Shown here: positions 35,300 to 37,984 of the stretch, one piece after another | How the letters are laid out: each line of letters begins with the position of its first letter | How positions within the stretch are numbered: position 1 is the first letter of the stretch | Source: Acidimicrobiales bacterium | GTDB lineage: Bacteria; Actinomycetota; Acidimicrobiia; Acidimicrobiales; Acidimicrobilacustridaceae | Length of the DNA stretch: 37,984 nucleotides | Assembly (NCBI GenBank): GCA_044236415.1 | Contig: JBIIGP010000001.1 | Location: 1 to 37,984 of the forward strand | Direction of reading: 5' to 3' | Notes under the pieces: model-generated | What the model was told of the DNA's origin: nothing | The model's database searches: none | The model's input: only the letters and a program-made list of their open reading frames with translations | Program-made: the position numbers and the translations under genes

Positions 35300-36106
35300 T
35301 CACATACCTGGGATCTCCCAGCGAGCCGGGAAATCGTCGGCTCGGAATCGGGCGTCGGTGCCACCATCGATGAACAGCACCGAACCACAGAAGAACCCAG
35401 CTTCGGGTGAAAGAAGAAATGCCAAGAATGCGGCAACCTCTTCCGGCTTACCTGCACGACCAAGAGCGATCGTGTCTTTGAACATGTCGAGCTGAACCTT
35501 GAGGTTCGGATCTGTCGCGCCTTCCTCGATCATTGGCGTGGCGATCATGCCCGGAGCAATTGCGTTGAGGCGGATGCCAGCGCCGGCCCATTCGTCGGTG
35601 ATGGCCGAGTGACGGACCCAACGGGCCACGGCCAACTTCGTGGCCGCATAGGCCATGATCGAGTCGCCCTTATCGGCTTCAATGCGAGCTGCGGCTTCGT
35701 CGCCCGCCAAACACGCTTCGGTGAGACCCAGCGGATATCCCGGTGCGGTCGTGGTGGAGTTTGAGCTGATCGCGACAGCCGAAGGGTTGGTGCCCTTCGC
35801 CAGCATCGGGCGAAGGCCTTCCATAATCTCGATCGTGCCGAAGTAGTTCACCGATGCGAGCAGCGATGCCGGGCGACCCGGAAGCCCGGAGATGCCTGCA
35901 CAGGTGACGAGTCCGTCAAGGACTCCCCCGCATGCCTCACCGACAGCCTTGATTGCCGCCTGACGTTCTTCGGGCTTACTGAGATCGGCTTCGATCTCTG
36001 CACCGCGCAGATCGACCCCAATGACGGTGTGGCCGGCGGCTCGAAGTCGTGCAGCCGTCGCAGCACCAATGCCGGAACCGGCACCGGTGATGACGATGGT
36101 GCTCAT
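35300..36106 (-). CDS. SDR, 3-alpha-hydroxysteroid dehydrogenase/carbonyl reductase-like
   Basis: MSTIVITGAGSGIGAAT, GHTVIGVDLRGAEIEADLS, DGLVTCAG, VNYFG, YAATK, GIRLNAIAPG and DGGTDARFR follow the Comamonas 3-alpha-HSD as recalled. Confidence 0.75.
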   Translation of the reverse strand: MSTIVITGAGSGIGAATAARLRAAGHTVIGVDLRGAEIEADLSKPEERQAAIKAVGEACGGVLDGLVTCAGISGLPGRPASLLASVNYFGTIEIMEGLRPMLAKGTNPSAVAISSNSTTTAPGYPLGLTEACLAGDEAAARIEADKGDSIMAYAATKLAVARWVRHSAITDEWAGAGIRLNAIAPGMIATPMIEEGATDPNLKVQLDMFKDTIALGRAGKPEEVAAFLAFLLSPEAGFFCGSVLFIDGGTDARFRADDFPARWEIPGM

Positions 36107-36459
36107 CAGCGCTTGGAGACGGCGTCGACGATGCGGTCGGTATTGGCTTGACCCTCATAGAGCTGACGAAGCAGCCACATACGAAGGAAGTTGGCCAGCG
36201 CATAACGCAGGAAGATCGCGGCACCAAAGACCGTGAGGGCAAGGAAGGCGACAGTGAATGCAACCTGCGACGTGACGTCGCGTGGATCATCAAGATTTTT
36301 CGACGACACATACACGACGAATGCGCCGATTACGCCGACGAGCATCATGACAAACCCGAGGGCTTGGAACGTCTTGTCGCGGCTGGGATTGCCGGTCTTC
36401 AGATTCATATCGGTCACATCGGCTTTGAACTGCTCGATGCGATCACCAGTGGTTTCCAT
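36106..36459 (-). CDS. Small two-TM membrane protein, 117 aa (paralog of 14993..15346)
   Basis: Preceded by a GGAG RBS, has two TM helices, follows livF and has a TGATG overlap with the downstream SDR. Confidence 0.85.
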   Translation of the reverse strand: METTGDRIEQFKADVTDMNLKTGNPSRDKTFQALGFVMMLVGVIGAFVVYVSSKNLDDPRDVTSQVAFTVAFLALTVFGAAIFLRYALANFLRMWLLRQLYEGQANTDRIVDAVSKR

Positions 36460-36471
36460 TTTTCTCCGGTC

Positions 36472-37212
36472 TCACGAGCCCAGGTAGGCAGCGGACAATT
36501 CATCTTCAAGCTCAGCGGGAGTACCAACTCGGGTGATAGTCCCGTGGAGCACGATCGCTGCGTATTGGGCAATGCCCAAGACGGTTCGAGCAAACTGCTC
36601 GGACACCAGGATCGAAACTCCCTCTTGCGAGACCTGAGCCACGATCTCGTAGAGATTGGCTACGACAAGCGGAGCCAGACCCATCGACAGTTCGTCGAGG
36701 AGTAGTACCGATGGATTCACGGACAACGCCCGCGCCATCGACAACATTTGCTGTTCGCCACCGGACATGGTGCCGGCGAGCTGCTTACGCCGTTCTCCCA
36801 AACGCGGGAAACGGGCATAGGCGATTTCTTCGACATCAGCGAGCGGAACGCCCGACATGGTCGCCATCCAGAGGTTCTCGCGAACGGTGAGGTTCGGGAC
36901 CACTCCGCGACCTTCAGGAATAGTGCAGAGGCCAAGACGAGCGAGTTCATCGGCGGGTGCACCGTTGACGACACGACCGGCCAAACGAACCTCGCCGGCA
37001 GTGGGTTGCAACAGCCCCGACACCACCTTGAGGATGGTGGACTTTCCAGCACCGTTGGGGCCAAGCAACGCAACAACTGAACCCTGGGGCACAGAAAGGC
37101 TGATGCCGTGAAGCACCTCAATCGTGCCGTAGGCAGCGCGAACATCGACGAGTTCGATCAGTGGGGCATCAGCGATTGCGCCATGGTCTTCGTGGTAGTG
37201 GGTTTCGCTCAT
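36472..37212 (-). CDS. livF: ABC ATP-binding protein, LivF-like
   Basis: GPNGAGKS, PEGRG, MSGGEQQML and LLDELSMGLAP. Confidence 0.9.
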   Translation of the reverse strand: MSETHYHEDHGAIADAPLIELVDVRAAYGTIEVLHGISLSVPQGSVVALLGPNGAGKSTILKVVSGLLQPTAGEVRLAGRVVNGAPADELARLGLCTIPEGRGVVPNLTVRENLWMATMSGVPLADVEEIAYARFPRLGERRKQLAGTMSGGEQQMLSMARALSVNPSVLLLDELSMGLAPLVVANLYEIVAQVSQEGVSILVSEQFARTVLGIAQYAAIVLHGTITRVGTPAELEDELSAAYLGS

Positions 37213-37952
37213 CCGACACTCTCCGGGGAACCAAGGTAGGCATCGATAACAGTCGGATCATTGCGAACATATTCCGCTGTACCGCTCGAAATCATTGTGC
37301 CGAAATCGAGAACGTGGATCGTTTCGCATACCTTCATGACAAGCGCCATGTCGTGCTCGACGAGACAAATGCCAAGTCCATCGTTACGAGCAAGATCCTT
37401 GAGAAGCTCACCAAATTGTTCGGTCTCTTCTTCAGTCTGGCCTGATGCGGGCTCATCGAGAAGGAGCAGCGTGGGCTGAATCATGAGAGCTCGTGCGAGT
37501 TCGACAACACGGGCTTGTCCGGTGGGGATTTCGCCGACTTCGCGATCAGCAACGTCGGCCAGGCCAACGAGTTGGATAATGCGATCGGTCTCAGCGTTGA
37601 CGTCCATACGCGTCGTGCGGAAACTCCAGCGGTTACGAATTTCACCCGCAACCCGAACATTGTCGCGAACCGACAATGACGTGAAGAGTTCGAGACGCTG
37701 GAAGGTACGGGCCAGACCCATGCGTGTGCGCTTATGGGGAGGCTCCTTCGTTACATCTTTACCGTTGAAGACAATCTTGCCGGAGGTAAGCGGTTGAAGC
37801 CCGGTGATGGTGTTGAACAATGTGGTCTTACCGGCACCATTCGGGCCGATGAGCCCGGTAACACTTCCGGCTTCGACGGAAATCGAAACATCGTTCAGCG
37901 CAACGTTGCCGCCGAACTTCACTTTTACGTCGACAGTTTCAAGCAGAGACAC
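37209..37952 (-). CDS. livG: ABC ATP-binding protein, LivG-like
   Basis: GLIGPNGAGKTTLFN, GLARTFQ, LLDEPASG, VEHDM and VIDAYLG. Confidence 0.9.
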   Translation of the reverse strand: MSLLETVDVKVKFGGNVALNDVSISVEAGSVTGLIGPNGAGKTTLFNTITGLQPLTSGKIVFNGKDVTKEPPHKRTRMGLARTFQRLELFTSLSVRDNVRVAGEIRNRWSFRTTRMDVNAETDRIIQLVGLADVADREVGEIPTGQARVVELARALMIQPTLLLLDEPASGQTEEETEQFGELLKDLARNDGLGICLVEHDMALVMKVCETIHVLDFGTMISSGTAEYVRNDPTVIDAYLGSPESVG

Positions 37953-37984
37953 CAGTGGCCCCCTCTCGGACGGTTCCCGCAGAC
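37939..37984 (-). CDS. Possible 3' end of an upstream gene (probably the permease), truncated by the window
   Basis: An open frame ...SAGTVREGATGVSA* ends at a TGA overlapping the livG start; the assignment is by analogy with locus 1. Confidence 0.3.
   Translation of the reverse strand, partial: SAGTVREGATGVSA

Noticed and set aside
1-37984. CRISPR array, tRNA/rRNA, riboswitch, IS or REP family
   Set aside because: Intergenic spaces are short, the hairpins are unrelated to each other in sequence, and I saw no spaced direct repeats or transposase motifs.

Overview
A 38-kb, gene-dense, GC-rich bacterial window containing about 37 CDS and no rRNA, tRNA, CRISPR array, mobile element or transcription factor gene. 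It is almost certainly actinobacterial. Acidimicrobiia is my best guess from gene content and leaderless starts, but that is inference. The window is a steroid/lipid catabolism island. It holds the C/D-ring (HIP) degradation core (echA20-ipdA-ipdB-ipdC, an Rv3549c-like SDR, fadE30/ipdE1-ipdF), a fadE26/fadE27-type side-chain acyl-CoA dehydrogenase pair and a Comamonas-type 3-alpha-HSD-like SDR. Several features differ from the Mycobacterium/Rhodococcus model. (i) The ipd operon continues into a MaoC hydratase, an uncharacterised RDHSWG protein, a cytoplasmic arylsulfatase and an anaerobic radical-SAM sulfatase maturase. (ii) Two LIV-type ABC importer loci each end in a homologous 117-aa two-TM protein, a candidate undescribed accessory subunit. 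(iii) An APH-fold kinase with an aberrant catalytic loop is coupled to the Rv3549c-like SDR. (iv) A catalytically dead SDR is translationally coupled to an intact SDR. Several ORF-track starts were corrected using RBS or -10 evidence. Homolog assignments come from motifs and recalled sequences, not database searches.
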